Shown: positions 31,941 to 43,437 of the stretch, in pieces | How positions within the stretch are numbered: the stretch's first letter is position 1 | Layout: the number at the start of each line of letters is the position of its first letter | Assembly (NCBI GenBank): GCA_963555755.3 | Contig: OY820905.2 | Coordinates: 3,008,001 to 3,072,000 of the forward strand | Source: Nitrospirales bacterium | Lineage (GTDB): Bacteria > Nitrospirota > Nitrospiria > Nitrospirales > UBA8639 | DNA: 64,000 nt | Direction: 5' to 3' | The notes under the pieces: model-generated | Databases searched by the model: none | What the model saw: only the letters and a program-made list of their open reading frames with translations | Told to the model about the DNA's origin: nothing | Position numbers and translations under genes: made by a program

Positions 31941-34094
31941 TCACAAATCCTTCACCTGCAAATACGCCTCATACCGCCGTTTAATTTCCTGAACGTATTT
32001 CACCGGTTCCGCGCCGCGGCAGTAGCCATGGCGGGCTTGGCGCGCATACTTCCGTTTGGATAGTAAGAGAATCGCCTTCTCCACATTCCCAAACCAGCGA
32101 TTCGGATTGAGCCCTAACTTTCGCGCCAACCGTCGTGCATCCCTCACATGGCCGTGTCCGGCATTGTAGGCCGCCAACGTAAACCACATCCGGTCTTCCA
32201 CGGGCAGCTCCGGGTCAAACCGATCCCGCACCCAGTTGAGGTATTTCACCCCCGCATGAATCCCGTCTTCCGGCATGCGAACATCGTGAAAGCCTATACT
32301 TTTCGCCGTCCGGGGGAGCACCTGCATCAGGCCAACCGCGCCGGCCCAGGAGCGGGCATCTGGATTAAATCGACTTTCTTGATACATTTGCGCCACCACC
32401 AATCGCCAATCAAACCCAAATTGGCCGGAATACTTTTGCACCAGGGCATCGTAAGGGGAGAGTTCACCCGTGCGACTTGCGCGAAACTCAACGTGTGTGC
32501 GGATGGTGTGCGGGTTCTTAAAATATTTTTTCAGTGTGATATTGTAAAACAACCCACGGTATTCCTTTTTCATGTATTGATTAATGGCATCCCGTAACTC
32601 CGGGTTGGAAACCCGCACGGCCCAGCCATGCGGTTTGGGATCGGACACCGGAAACGCCGCCCGAATGTCCTCCCGCCACGTCAACTCAATATCGAGGAGA
32701 TGGCTGTCCGCCACGGTCAAGTCGTATTCACCTGTGGCGACCTTCGCAATAATCTCTTCGGTTTCGAGATCCTCGGGCGCTGCTTCCAAGGTCAGCGCAA
32801 TGCCTTGGCCTTTCAGCGCCTCAAGCGTCTGCCAATAGGAGCTGCTGCGACGAACCACAAAGGTACGACCAGCAAGATCCTCCGGCCCCTTCAGTCGATC
32901 GTCCGGTTCATCAGCACGCGTTACCACAATTTCAGAGGCCTTGAAATACGGACGAGAAAACGCCACACCCTGCGCTTCTCGCTCAGAAGAAATCGTCAGT
33001 GAGGCGGCAATCACATCACCCTTCCCTTCCATTAGCCACGGGATCAGATCCTCACGACTCGGTGGTACAACCATTTCCACCCTCAGCTTGTGCTTCTTGG
33101 CAAAATGCCACGCCAGTTCATACTCAAACCCCAATAACTCCCCCCGCCACAAGAAATAGGTAGCGGGATTATTTCTGGTGAGCACCCGTAACACACCATG
33201 CTTCTTAATGCCCGCGAGATCCTCGCTCGACACCGAAGGCCGGGAATGCGCGAGCTTCGCTTCAGTCAAAAACGTATTCAACGCCGCGAGTAGGGCAGGG
33301 GAATCAGGCCGCACACCCCATGCCACTGGACGATCCTCCGTCAAATCAAACGCCGGCTTCAGATCAGAGCGATACGTGAGCACCGCGCCCATCAAATTGC
33401 TGTCGGCCACGGTCACATCAAAGTCGCCACGGGCCACGCCATCCAAAATCTGTTCCAGATCAAAATGCGCTGGCGCTTCCTGCACCTGAATGCTCGGATA
33501 TTTTTTCTGCAGGCCCAACGCTGTACCCCAAAAAGAAGACGAGCGAAGAACAACAATTGTCCGGCCCTTCAAATCGCCAGGCTTGGACAAGGTCTCGTCA
33601 GATTGGCGTGTGACCAACTGTTCCCGAACACTCGCCACCGGGACCGTAAAGCTAATGTTCGTTTTCCGCTCTGGGGTCACCGTAAAGTTGGCTGCAATTA
33701 AATCCCCCTTGCCTTCTAAAAGGAAAGGAATTAATTCATTAAGCCCATTCACCGTCACCCGAGCCAGCTTTAAATCCAACGACGAAGCCAAAGACTCCAG
33801 CAACTCCTCTTCGAGATCATGCGGAAACCCTTGTCGAGGCAAATGCTCAACAGAAGCATGCGGCGGACTCAGCACGCGAAGATACCCACGCGATTTGAGG
33901 GTGGAGAGGTCGCCTGTTTCCAGATAGGTTGGAGCTGAAGCAACAAACGCAGAAGGTTTGGACGAGTCTTGAGAACCTTCCTCAGTCCCGCAGCCGCTTA
34001 CCAGGAACCCAATCATTAATGTTAGCCAAAAGTGAAGGAAGGCGATCAAGGGAGAAAAGTGGAAACCTGTTAACGGCTTAGCTATAGGATTCAT
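31941..34094 (-). CDS. mltF: MltF-like lytic transglycosylase with two SBP domains, probable lipoprotein
   Basis: Tandem substrate-binding domains; YQESRF, GLMQV, AAYNAG; VSGC lipobox; start uncertain. Confidence 0.85.
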   Translation of the reverse strand: MNPIAKPLTGFHFSPLIAFLHFWLTLMIGFLVSGCGTEEGSQDSSKPSAFVASAPTYLETGDLSTLKSRGYLRVLSPPHASVEHLPRQGFPHDLEEELLESLASSLDLKLARVTVNGLNELIPFLLEGKGDLIAANFTVTPERKTNISFTVPVASVREQLVTRQSDETLSKPGDLKGRTIVVLRSSSFWGTALGLQKKYPSIQVQEAPAHFDLEQILDGVARGDFDVTVADSNLMGAVLTYRSDLKPAFDLTEDRPVAWGVRPDSPALLAALNTFLTEAKLAHSRPSVSSEDLAGIKKHGVLRVLTRNNPATYFLWRGELLGFEYELAWHFAKKHKLRVEMVVPPSREDLIPWLMEGKGDVIAASLTISSEREAQGVAFSRPYFKASEIVVTRADEPDDRLKGPEDLAGRTFVVRRSSSYWQTLEALKGQGIALTLEAAPEDLETEEIIAKVATGEYDLTVADSHLLDIELTWREDIRAAFPVSDPKPHGWAVRVSNPELRDAINQYMKKEYRGLFYNITLKKYFKNPHTIRTHVEFRASRTGELSPYDALVQKYSGQFGFDWRLVVAQMYQESRFNPDARSWAGAVGLMQVLPRTAKSIGFHDVRMPEDGIHAGVKYLNWVRDRFDPELPVEDRMWFTLAAYNAGHGHVRDARRLARKLGLNPNRWFGNVEKAILLLSKRKYARQARHGYCRGAEPVKYVQEIKRRYEAYLQVKDL

Positions 34095-34248
34095 GTCCCA
34101 CAGTGTACAGCGAAAATGTTGAAAAAGAAAAAGTGGGTAAACCAAACGCTATCTAGCCCAATTCATTGGTCAGGCTTACAATGATTGAAACACGTGTGAA
34201 CAAGCAAAAATTGCTCCTATGCATTCCTTTGGAATGAATGTTTTCTAA

Positions 34249-34405
34249 GGGTTCGCGCAAGAATAACTCCCCATGTTTGGGCGTCGATCCATCCCGTCTG
34301 GCGGCGTTGCTCGTCCTTTCCATACGAGGAGTATGCGCAGTCCTCGCGCCTTGCCAGACAGGTGTCTCAGCACCCAAACATGGGGAGTTATTCTTGCGCG
34401 AACCC
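34249..34405. repeat. MITE with GGGTTCGCGCAAGAATAACTCCCC TIR, TAA TSD
   Basis: Long perfect TIR with TAA on both sides. Confidence 0.85.
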
Positions 34406-34582
34406 TAAGGGTGGCTCCTTTTTCCTTCTGAATAAATAAGTCAATACTCATGCCTGACACCAAGCCTGACACCAAGCCTGACACCAAGCCCAAGCCACCT
34501 CAACTCGACACAAATCAGTCCCCCTTGTTAATCTCTTATCTATTCTATGCGACAATGAGTTCAACAATTCTGGATATGAAAG

Positions 34583-35614
34583 TTGAATGCGTGGATGCGA
34601 TCGCCCAACCTGCCCAAACTGATGGCACTCGGTGGTTTAGTGGTGGTTGCCTCCGCTGCCGCATGTACAATCATGATACGGATGCCAGGAGAAAGCTACC
34701 AAGGTCCGCTGCCCCCCGCAACGGATGAACTCCGTGCGCTCGAGCAAGAACTGCATTCCTATGTCCAAACCCTGGCTGGCGATATTGGGGAACGGAATCT
34801 GTTTCACTACGACAAACTCCTTACCGCGGCAGAGTATATCCGGTCCACTCTCGCGGACGTCGGGTATGAGGTGCAACGCCAAACCTATGAGGTGGAAGGG
34901 AAGGTCTGTGAAAACATTGAAGCCGAAGTTCTCGGAACAGACCGACCGGATGAAATCCTTCTCATCGGGGCTCACTACGATTCGGTCAAAGGAAGTCCTG
35001 GTGCCAATGACAATGGCACCGGTGTCGCGGCCATGCTGGCCTTGGCCCGTGCGTTTGCTCAGACCCCGTTAAACCGCACGTTACGGTTTGTGGCGTTTGC
35101 CAACGAAGAGCCACCATTCTTTCAAACCGACGACATGGGGAGCCGCCATTACGCCCAACGGAGCAAACAGCGGGGCGAGTCCATTGTTCTCATGTTCAGC
35201 TTGGAGACGATGGGGTATTATTCTGATAACCCCGGAAGTCAAAGCTATCCCCCGCCGTTGAATTTCGTCTACCCATCCACGGGAAATTTCATTGCCTTCG
35301 TCAGCAACACGGAAAATGGGAGGTGGGTGCGAACGGTCATTGACGGCTTTCGACAGCAGGTGCTGTTTCCTTCAGAAGGCGCGGTACTCTGGGGATGGAT
35401 TCCCGGCGTCGGGTGGTCAGATCATTGGGCGTTTTGGAAGGAAGGGTTTCCCGCCGTTATGGTGACGGATACAGCCTTGTTTCGCTATCCCGCCTATCAT
35501 ACAGCCGAGGATACACCAGACAAAGTTAACTACGAGCGCCTCGCCCGCGTCGTGTCCGGCCTTCAGCGGGTGATTGCCGCAATCGCTAATCAGCGAGATT
35601 CGGCATCCCCGTAA
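34583..35614 (+). CDS. M28-family peptidase
   Basis: GAHYDS, PGANDNGTG, FANEEPP, SDHWAF. Confidence 0.9.
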   Translation: MNAWMRSPNLPKLMALGGLVVVASAAACTIMIRMPGESYQGPLPPATDELRALEQELHSYVQTLAGDIGERNLFHYDKLLTAAEYIRSTLADVGYEVQRQTYEVEGKVCENIEAEVLGTDRPDEILLIGAHYDSVKGSPGANDNGTGVAAMLALARAFAQTPLNRTLRFVAFANEEPPFFQTDDMGSRHYAQRSKQRGESIVLMFSLETMGYYSDNPGSQSYPPPLNFVYPSTGNFIAFVSNTENGRWVRTVIDGFRQQVLFPSEGAVLWGWIPGVGWSDHWAFWKEGFPAVMVTDTALFRYPAYHTAEDTPDKVNYERLARVVSGLQRVIAAIANQRDSASP

Positions 35615-35652
35615 CCCCAGACGGTCATCAACACACAGACATCGTCAAGTTA

Positions 35653-35832
35653 GGGTCCGTAAAGAAATAAGTGGTACATTTAGACGCTTAGATTTAGGTC
35701 AGATTTGGTCGATCTGAATGAGAGAAACCGGAGGAATAGTTGTGCTATTTTGAGGGTTTCTCGATTGAAGATCGGCCAAAGATGGCTTGAAGATGAGGTG
35801 TATAAATGTACCACTTATTTCTTTACGGACCC
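35653..35832. repeat. MITE with 30-bp TIR GGGTCCGTAAAGAAATAAGTGGTACATTTA, TTA TSD
   Basis: Perfect TIR and TTA flanks. Confidence 0.87.
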
Positions 35833-36058
35833 TTAGTGGGTCGACGCTGGATGCGGAAGAATTTGCGGACTATGGATGGTTCCTTTCGTGGGTGGGGTTT
35901 AGTTTGTGTTAGCATGAAGACTATCGATTTTTCACACACATTATTCAATGGCGATCCCAGCAATAATGTGGAGATCAGTAGTATACTAGAGTGTGTAGGG
36001 TTTTCTTTTTCCTAATCACGTACCCGCCTTGTTGGCGGTTTTCTGTCAGGAGGATGCC

Positions 36059-36451
36059 ATGTTCGGTCCCATTACACTCCCCTTTGGGGTAAAAATGCTC
36101 TTCAATACTGTCAAGCTCAAACCCGGCGTGAGTTTCGATCAGGTCGAGTTGGCCGTCGGAGAAATGTGCATGGTCGTGAAGGAAAGGTACGGTGGTGAGA
36201 AAGGGGGCTTTATCGCGGGGCAGGTGTTTCAGTTCTCCGGTTTCGTCTCGGATGAAGGCTCATTCACTGATTCCAAGGCCAGCGATAATCATTATGCTAT
36301 CGTGACCTATTGGCGCTCGTTTGAGGATCATGAAAAATCCCATGCCGATGATATGTTTCAACAGAAATTTGACGCGTTGTTGGCCCTGTGTTCGGAGACG
36401 AAAGAATTGGGGTATGATCTGTTGTGGCAAGGTGAAGCCAAGGCTTCATAG
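36059..36451 (+). CDS. conserved hypothetical protein (dimeric alpha+beta barrel-like)
   Basis: GGAGG RBS; TYWRSFEDHEKSH motif. Confidence 0.75.
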   Translation: MFGPITLPFGVKMLFNTVKLKPGVSFDQVELAVGEMCMVVKERYGGEKGGFIAGQVFQFSGFVSDEGSFTDSKASDNHYAIVTYWRSFEDHEKSHADDMFQQKFDALLALCSETKELGYDLLWQGEAKAS

Positions 36452-36640
36452 ATAAACCACCTTTCGGTCGTGCCATCTTCGATTCACAAGAAAAATTACA
36501 ATATTCGCCTGGTCAGACAAATCTGTGGTGAACTCTGGTTCAGGTAGTGCACCATTGGTGCAGAAACCGGCCGGCCCTAAGCAAGTCTTGTCCAGAGGGG
36601 TATCCGATAAAAATGATGCTTAATATTCCAGTGAGAGGCC

Positions 36641-36901
36641 ATGGATAAATCGTTTGTCAGTGTCAGGTGGTTGTGGGTGGCGATGGTTGGGGGCAGTTCG
36701 ATGCTAGCCGTGCCGGGCAATTCGACGATTGGGGGCATGTTGGGTGACGTAGTGGGTCACTTATTTTCTGCGGCGTTGTTGGCCGTTGTGCCTATCGCAG
36801 GCTATCGCCTAATGTACAAACAGATTGGCGAAAAGGAAATGACCTACATTTTTTTCGGTGCCTGGGTTTATTTGGTACTCTCCCAGTTTTTGGGTTTTTA
36901 A
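36641..36901 (+). CDS. small membrane protein
   Basis: Three hydrophobic segments, GAGG RBS. Confidence 0.65.
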   Translation: MDKSFVSVRWLWVAMVGGSSMLAVPGNSTIGGMLGDVVGHLFSAALLAVVPIAGYRLMYKQIGEKEMTYIFFGAWVYLVLSQFLGF

Positions 36902-37130
36902 AAAATAGAAAACATCAGGTATTGAATCTTTTTTAGAGTGCCAGCCCGCGCGGCCTTCGTTTCTCAACACGAATGACGAGCCATCTCAGTGATGTTCATT
37001 GTGATCAATGGCCAAGGCAAAGGTGACTGCAAGAGGTGGAACCATTAAGTCTGGCCGGGGATGAATACACCACTTGGTTGAGAACAGGCTAGAAGTTCAG
37101 CACACGTGGCAGGGGGCAGGTCAATTTGTG

Positions 37131-38219
37131 TCAGGCGTAGTATCGACCGAATCGATTCGCGAGGATGTCCGGGAGGGCAAAAGTTTCCTGTGTGATGAAA
37201 CCCTGGTAGCGATGAGGATCGGCGAATACGGAATCCACCACACTGCACAAAGCCGCGGCGGTTGTCACTTGAATCGCGGACCACAATCTTCCTGCGATGG
37301 TCTCTGGGTAAATCTTTTTCACGTAGTTTTCTTCCATTAATTCTCCCGCTTTCCTTCCCACGACAGATACGTAAATCAGCACCACATCCTGATAGATTTT
37401 GGGAATCGCATTCTCCAGAATATGCTTGAGATTTTCCCGTTGTGTGTTGAGTTTGAGATCATTCATGAGAAAGTGAATTTTTTCGCAATGGCCTGGGTAG
37501 CGGAGGGTTTTATAGTTCATCGTTTGGACTTTGCCTGAGTACGTATCCGCCAAGGTTCCCAGTCCTCCGGAGGTGTTAAACGCCTCGTATAATAGTCCAT
37601 CGACTTCGATGGTCTCATACCCTTCGAGCGGCATGAGCGTGGTCTTCAATCCATTTTCAATTCCATAGCACACGTTCCCGTATTCGTTAATCAGGCCGTC
37701 GGTTGACCAGGTCAGAGAGTATTTCAACACATTGCTGGGATTGATGGGCAGGGCGCCCACCCGCATCTTCACGGTTTCGAGTGTATCGAAATGGTGCATC
37801 AGTTCGTTGGCGACGATGCTGATGAATCCCGGCGCCAACCCGCATTGGGGGACAAAGGCTTTCTCGCTTCCCTGACTGATCTGTTCAATTCGTTCGGTGA
37901 CTTCAACATCTTCGGTTAAGTCGAAATAGTGAATGTTATTCTTACGGGCCACATCCGCAACCGTGGGATTGCAGTAGTAGGGAAGACTCGAAATTACGGC
38001 ATCGGGTTGATGCTCGTTCACATAGTGTTCGAGGGCTGCCCCGTTTGACGCATCGAGGACCGCATGGGTGATGGGCGCGGTTTGACTTGGAGCAGTCCTT
38101 TGCTGATTGGACTGAGTCTCGATGTCGCCAAGGTGAACCGTGTACTCTTCTGTCTCTGCCAGGAACGTTCCGATCAGCGAGCCGATTTTTCCGGCGCCTA
38201 AAATGAGGATGGTTGGCAT
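37131..38219 (-). CDS. saccharopine dehydrogenase / lysine 6-dehydrogenase family
   Basis: LGAGKIG, YFDLTED, CGLAPG, TWSTDGLINEY, YKTLRYPGH. Confidence 0.9.
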   Translation of the reverse strand: MPTILILGAGKIGSLIGTFLAETEEYTVHLGDIETQSNQQRTAPSQTAPITHAVLDASNGAALEHYVNEHQPDAVISSLPYYCNPTVADVARKNNIHYFDLTEDVEVTERIEQISQGSEKAFVPQCGLAPGFISIVANELMHHFDTLETVKMRVGALPINPSNVLKYSLTWSTDGLINEYGNVCYGIENGLKTTLMPLEGYETIEVDGLLYEAFNTSGGLGTLADTYSGKVQTMNYKTLRYPGHCEKIHFLMNDLKLNTQRENLKHILENAIPKIYQDVVLIYVSVVGRKAGELMEENYVKKIYPETIAGRLWSAIQVTTAAALCSVVDSVFADPHRYQGFITQETFALPDILANRFGRYYA

Positions 38220-38233
38220 AGGTTTCCCGCGTA

Positions 38234-38830
38234 TTAGATTTTTACAGTTGATTGCATCAGAGCATCGGCTTGAGGCGGTGAGAAGCCCTGATACCCTGCA
38301 TGACGTTCGATGAGTTCGAGGACAGAAAACGGTGCGCCCTCGACTTGTTCAGGGACACTGAAGATTTGCCGAATGACGTCCCCTTTTTCGCCTAAAATGG
38401 ATCCCGCAAAGTTGATGCCCTTGTGTTGAAGGCGGTGCATGGCGGCTTCGATGTCTTCTGCCAGAATCGCGATGTGGTGTAGGGTCTGATCCCCAAATTG
38501 ATCCACCCATCGTGGGATCACACTGGATGCCCCGCGATCATCGTCGTAGGCTTGGTCAACAAACAATGCCGGAAATCCTGGGGCTCGGTACACCTTGGCA
38601 TGCCAATCACTGTATTCCAAAGTCTCGGAGTAGGTATAGCCCAGTTCCAAAAACTCTTGGGCTCGCTGGTCGATATTGTGGGTTCGGATGGTGATATGGT
38701 CGACCACTGGCTTGACCCCAATGCCTGCCGCATCCAGGACATCCTTCGTGATTTGGGCGGCACGATTTCTGGACACATAGTCTTGAACATACGCCTCGAC
38801 ACGTTCTTCCAGTTTGGCCTTGTGGTCCAT
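38234..38830 (-). CDS. VOC-family protein
   Basis: DHITIRT, HHIAI, ELIERH..YQGF. Confidence 0.8.
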   Translation of the reverse strand: MDHKAKLEERVEAYVQDYVSRNRAAQITKDVLDAAGIGVKPVVDHITIRTHNIDQRAQEFLELGYTYSETLEYSDWHAKVYRAPGFPALFVDQAYDDDRGASSVIPRWVDQFGDQTLHHIAILAEDIEAAMHRLQHKGINFAGSILGEKGDVIRQIFSVPEQVEGAPFSVLELIERHAGYQGFSPPQADALMQSTVKI

Positions 38831-38846
38831 GGCATTCACCTTGTGA

Positions 38847-40337
38847 TCAATGGGTATCGATTTGTGCCCGCTGCAATTGCCCACTATAGTCCACGTAAAT
38901 GGATTTCCACTCACTAAAAGTATCCAAAGCCGCCTGCCCGGCTTCACGGTGCCCGTTGCCGGTGTTCTTAATTCCTCCGAACGGGAGATGCACCTCGCTG
39001 CCAATCGTTCCAGCATTGATATAGACAATCCCCGACCGCAGCTCCCGCATGGCGTGTTGGGCTCGATTAATGTCTTGAGTGTAGAGTGAACTAGACAGTC
39101 CGTATTCCACGGAGTTGTTCACCTTGATGGCTTCTTCGAAGCTGTTGACTTCGAGCACGCTCAACACCGGACCAAAAATTTCTTCCGTGGCAATGCGCAT
39201 TGTTGGGGTGACATTGTCGAATAGGGTCGGTGCAAAGAAATATCCCGCTGCATACGGTCCCTTGGTTAAGGGGTGCCCTCCCGTCCTCAATTGCGCCCCT
39301 TCCTGTACCCCAACTTGAACCAGTTCGTGCACGCGTTCGAGTTGTGTGTTATTGATCAACGGTCCAATATCAATAGAAGAATCGAGACCATCGCCAACTC
39401 GGAGCTTGGCCATTCTATCTAGCAACATCGACACCATTTGTTCTTTCACGGCGGCGTGGACAATCAGTCGGCTGCACGCGGTACAACGTTGGCCGGTTGT
39501 GCCAAAGGCACTCCAGAGAATTCCCTCAACCGCTAACTCCAGGTCAGCATCTTCCATGACAATGATGGCATTCTTGCCACCCATTTCCAGGGCGACCCGT
39601 TTGTAATGGGTGGCTGCATCAACCGCGACTTTTCCTCCAGTGGCCTTTGACCCAGTGAACGAAATAAGGGCGACGTCCGGATGTTTTACCAGGGTGGCGC
39701 CTAACTCAGGCGCACTGCCTGTGACCAAATTGATGACTCCGGGAGGCATGCCTGCTTCCTCCAGGGTCTTGACGAACAATGCAGCGGTATAGGGTGTATC
39801 TGGCGAAGGCTTCAACACGACGGTATTGCCCATCATCAATGCGGGAAAACTCTTCCACGAGGGAATGGCCATGGGGAAATTCCAAGGAGTTATCAATCCG
39901 ACGACGCCGAGAGGCTCCCGGATCGCGTACCCGGATTTATTCGGGAGCTCGGAGGGGGCAATATGTCCGAATTGCCGACGGCCTTCTCCGCCCATGTAGT
40001 ATGCCATATCGATGGCTTCTTGAATGTCGCCTCGACCCTCCATCAAGACTTTTCCCATTTCGCTTGTCAGGGCCCTGGCAAGTGTTTCCTTGTCATGAAA
40101 AAGCCGTTCAGCCACTCGAAATAACAATTCTCCGCGACGAGGGGCAGGCAAACGATGCCAGGATTCAAAGGCCTCTCGTGCGGCGGCCACTGCATCATTC
40201 ATGTCATCGGCATTGGAGTCCGCGCATTTGGCAATGAGATCCCCCGTTGCTGGATTTCGTGTTTCAAAGACCTTGCCCGATCGGGCCGGAATCCATTTCC
40301 CCGCAATAAAGTTGTGAATTGGATTTTCCATATTCAT
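38847..40337 (-). CDS. aldehyde dehydrogenase
   Basis: [28 protein letters not shown]. Confidence 0.95.
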   Translation of the reverse strand: MNMENPIHNFIAGKWIPARSGKVFETRNPATGDLIAKCADSNADDMNDAVAAAREAFESWHRLPAPRRGELLFRVAERLFHDKETLARALTSEMGKVLMEGRGDIQEAIDMAYYMGGEGRRQFGHIAPSELPNKSGYAIREPLGVVGLITPWNFPMAIPSWKSFPALMMGNTVVLKPSPDTPYTAALFVKTLEEAGMPPGVINLVTGSAPELGATLVKHPDVALISFTGSKATGGKVAVDAATHYKRVALEMGGKNAIIVMEDADLELAVEGILWSAFGTTGQRCTACSRLIVHAAVKEQMVSMLLDRMAKLRVGDGLDSSIDIGPLINNTQLERVHELVQVGVQEGAQLRTGGHPLTKGPYAAGYFFAPTLFDNVTPTMRIATEEIFGPVLSVLEVNSFEEAIKVNNSVEYGLSSSLYTQDINRAQHAMRELRSGIVYINAGTIGSEVHLPFGGIKNTGNGHREAGQAALDTFSEWKSIYVDYSGQLQRAQIDTH

Positions 40338-40801
40338 TCCTCACGTGGTTAGGGAACAGGAAGCGTTGCGGGCCGTTCTTTTTTGAACCGTAAATTCTCA
40401 GTCAAGCTGTGTGGATCCAGCTACCAATCTTTCCCACACAAGACCTTTCGGTTCTTTCCCATTGGCTTCTTTAGTGAAGCTCTGGGCGTTGAAAGGATTT
40501 CAAAGCGACCAATCAACCTGTTATCGGTCCTCTCAAAAATGCGGGAGGAAATTCAACGTTTTTTGACGACACAAAACAGGGGCGGAAATTCGAATAAGGA
40601 AAAACCAAGAAAACAATGAATCTAAGGTGGGATAGGCATATTTCTCATTCCGGGAACATTGCTTTTGATTAGGAATGACGCCTTAATGATTAGGATACTC
40701 TCTCAGTCAGGCGGAGACAAGACCAATCTCGAAAGGGAATTGTATGGTGAGGGGGCTGCCAATCAGATGTCGTTGGGGAATCCTGAACTCCCTGTCTCCA
40801 A

Positions 40802-41164
40802 TTAATCACTGATGGCTTGCTGGACGGCAGAGATGATTTCTCCAAAATTGGGTGGCTTGAGTAATATGGCTCGGGCGCCTGCCTTCATCGCCATATCTTT
40901 TTCCTCCTCACTGATATCTCCGGTAAAAAAGATGACTGGAGGTTTCGGGTCGGGTTTTTGTGAATATCGTTTGAGGAATTCCACGCCATTGAGGACAGGC
41001 ATTTTGTTATCGGTAATAATCAAATCGAAGTGTTGTTGCTCAAGCAATTTCAAGGCGGCGGCTCCATGTTCCGCTTCATCACACTCATACCCTTGGGATT
41101 CTAGGACCGCACGGAGGGTACTTCTCACTGCGGCTTCATCATCGACTAATAATACTCGTTCCAT
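40802..41164 (-). CDS. single-domain response regulator
   Basis: VLLVDD, TDNKMP, KP. Confidence 0.9.
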   Translation of the reverse strand: MERVLLVDDEAAVRSTLRAVLESQGYECDEAEHGAAALKLLEQQHFDLIITDNKMPVLNGVEFLKRYSQKPDPKPPVIFFTGDISEEEKDMAMKAGARAILLKPPNFGEIISAVQQAISD

Positions 41165-41535
41165 GGTACCTATAGCACTCCAATCGTCGTAGGAAATCCT
41201 CTATCGGTGAATACCGTGGCCCATTCTCCTATGAAACCCCTAGGTACCGTCAATCACCCGAAAGAGGGGGGGGTAGTGGAAATTTATTTTGTTAGTCCCG
41301 ATTCGTCGAGGAAAATTAGGCGGTTTGAAGGAAAGGAAAAGTGATAAAAGTGTTGATTATTAAGACGTTTCGTGGGAATGGACAAACACGAGCAAGAAAG
41401 TGAAAGCAGGAATCTTAAGATGACACCAAGGTTGATGCGAAGTCCTATCTACTGAAAACGACGTAGGAGGCGGTATAAGGAAATTGTCGTAGACCAGACG
41501 AATCAGGAAAAATTGAGCGTAGTGGGAGTGTCTTG

Positions 41536-42390
41536 CTAAGAAAACCGGCGTAAAGAACTAGCTAAACCGATGCGGGAAAGTCCGTAAATGAGCCATTTCG
41601 AAGGGTCAAAATTATACAATTTGGACCCGTTACGATAATCGCTTTGATACATGTGATGATAGTTATGATAGCCTTCACCAAAGGTGATGAGCGAGACCCA
41701 CCAACTATCCCGGCTCGAATCAGAAGTTCCATGGGGTTGGTCACCCCAGAGGTGGCAGATGGAATTAATGCAAAATGTGGAATTTAAGACGAAAAACGTT
41801 CGGCCCACTCCAGCCAAAAGAAAGCAGCCGAGACCACCAACCCATCCATTGTAAAGAAAGCCGACGATAAACGGAAAAGCCAATCCGGACAGGATTATCG
41901 GGACATAGTAGCGATGTTGCCACATGACAACTCGGTCCTGCTTGAGTCGGGAAGCGTATTTATCGTCCTTATGGGGATCACGTAAAAACAACCAACCGCA
42001 ATGACTATGCCAAAATCCCCATTGGGCGTTGTAGGGGTCTTCATCCTGATCACAACGGGCATGATGTCGAATATGATCAGCTGCCCATTTATACCCTGAG
42101 TTTTGGAGCGCCCATCCCCCGCCAATCAAGAGAATCACTTTGACCCAGTCGGGACAGGCAAAACTTCTGTGAGCGAGGAGTCGGTGGTAGCCGACGGTAA
42201 TTCCCAATCCCGTGAACATATAGAGGACGGCGAACATCGTCCAATCTAACCAGGAATAATCGTAAAAATAAGCATACGTGGGGAGACCAATGGCAGCCCC
42301 AATGGCGATCAGAAGAAATAAGATTGTTGTTGTATTGTCAGCCGCCCGCGTGTGGGTGCTATCAATGGTGTGATGCGTGGTGGTGGTCAT
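41536..42390 (-). CDS. delta-9-type fatty acid desaturase
   Basis: His boxes HRLLAH, HIRHH, HNYHH. Confidence 0.93.
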   Translation of the reverse strand: MTTTTHHTIDSTHTRAADNTTTILFLLIAIGAAIGLPTYAYFYDYSWLDWTMFAVLYMFTGLGITVGYHRLLAHRSFACPDWVKVILLIGGGWALQNSGYKWAADHIRHHARCDQDEDPYNAQWGFWHSHCGWLFLRDPHKDDKYASRLKQDRVVMWQHRYYVPIILSGLAFPFIVGFLYNGWVGGLGCFLLAGVGRTFFVLNSTFCINSICHLWGDQPHGTSDSSRDSWWVSLITFGEGYHNYHHMYQSDYRNGSKLYNFDPSKWLIYGLSRIGLASSLRRFS

Positions 42391-42810
42391 GTATCTGAAT
42401 AGTTTGATGTTTTCAAGAAGGCGATACTGCTTAACCCCAAAGTCTTACTCAGAGTATCGACATATTTCCCAATTCACTAGACTTTATCGGGGTCTAACAC
42501 AGTTCGTAAACATGAGGACTCTCCAGGTTACCCTTCTTTTGATGGATTGTAAAGACCAAAAAAGCATATTTTCGCATATTTTCATGTACATGAAAGGGCT
42601 ATGGGCTTTTGTGAAACAGGAGGTATGATGCGGAAGGGGGTGGAAAGAGTGGCTATCGCCTCCCGTTTCCCGTCTTATGCCTGACGATTATTTAAGCAGA
42701 GCGAAAGGTGCGCATTCTCGAAACTCTTTCAGGTCCAAGGCCTGTCTTTCTTTAAAGACGGAAGGATGCCAGCTGTATCATCATTCGGTCTTTCATAAAC
42801 ACAAGGCCAG

Positions 42811-43086
42811 TTAATAACCACCGGAGGGTCGATTTCGTTCTTTGGGGCGCGCCTCGTTGACTACTAGATTCCGACCTTGAAAGTCCGAGTCGTGTAACGC
42901 TGTGATGGCCTGTTGGGCCTCCTCGGCGCTGCCCATTTCGACAAACCCAAATCCTCTCGATCGTCCGGAATATCGATCGGTGACCACATTGGCCGATTGC
43001 ACTGTTCCATGGGTCGCGAACAAGTCTTGAAGTTCCTGATCTGTTGTGGAATACGGCAGATTGCCCACATAAATCTTTTGATTCAC
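42811..43086 (-). CDS. RRM RNA-binding protein
   Basis: KIYVGNL, RGFGFVEM, VNEARP; GGAGG followed by GTG start. Confidence 0.93.
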   Translation of the reverse strand: MNQKIYVGNLPYSTTDQELQDLFATHGTVQSANVVTDRYSGRSRGFGFVEMGSAEEAQQAITALHDSDFQGRNLVVNEARPKERNRPSGGY

Positions 43087-43437
43087 CACTACCTCCATCG
43101 AAGAGTGATATTGTCTAGAGAGGTAGGAAAGAGAAAGAAAGGGTCGACGAGGAAGAGCGGGCAGGCTGCATAACCTCTTCTTTGGGCTCACGCTTTCCGA
43201 ACTGCGTCCTTCTCACCAGGCAACATTCGTTCTGGGCCCCTTCCCGCTTGGCTCAACATCGCAAGGCCCATTGGCGATGCATTGCCATTTCAGCCTAGCA
43301 CCAGTTGTTTCTAAGATCAACTGAGTTGCGAAGCCCAAACCGATTTCTTGGGCGTCACATTCCAACCCCTTCAAGAATCCTTTTCGAACAGGGGGAACCG
43401 GAGGTGAACGATGATTGGCTATTGAATGTGTAGGTCA

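Noticed and set aside
34452..34496. 12-bp tandem repeat GCCTGACACCAA x3
   Set aside because: Short intergenic microsatellite-like tract without spacers or a credible ORF
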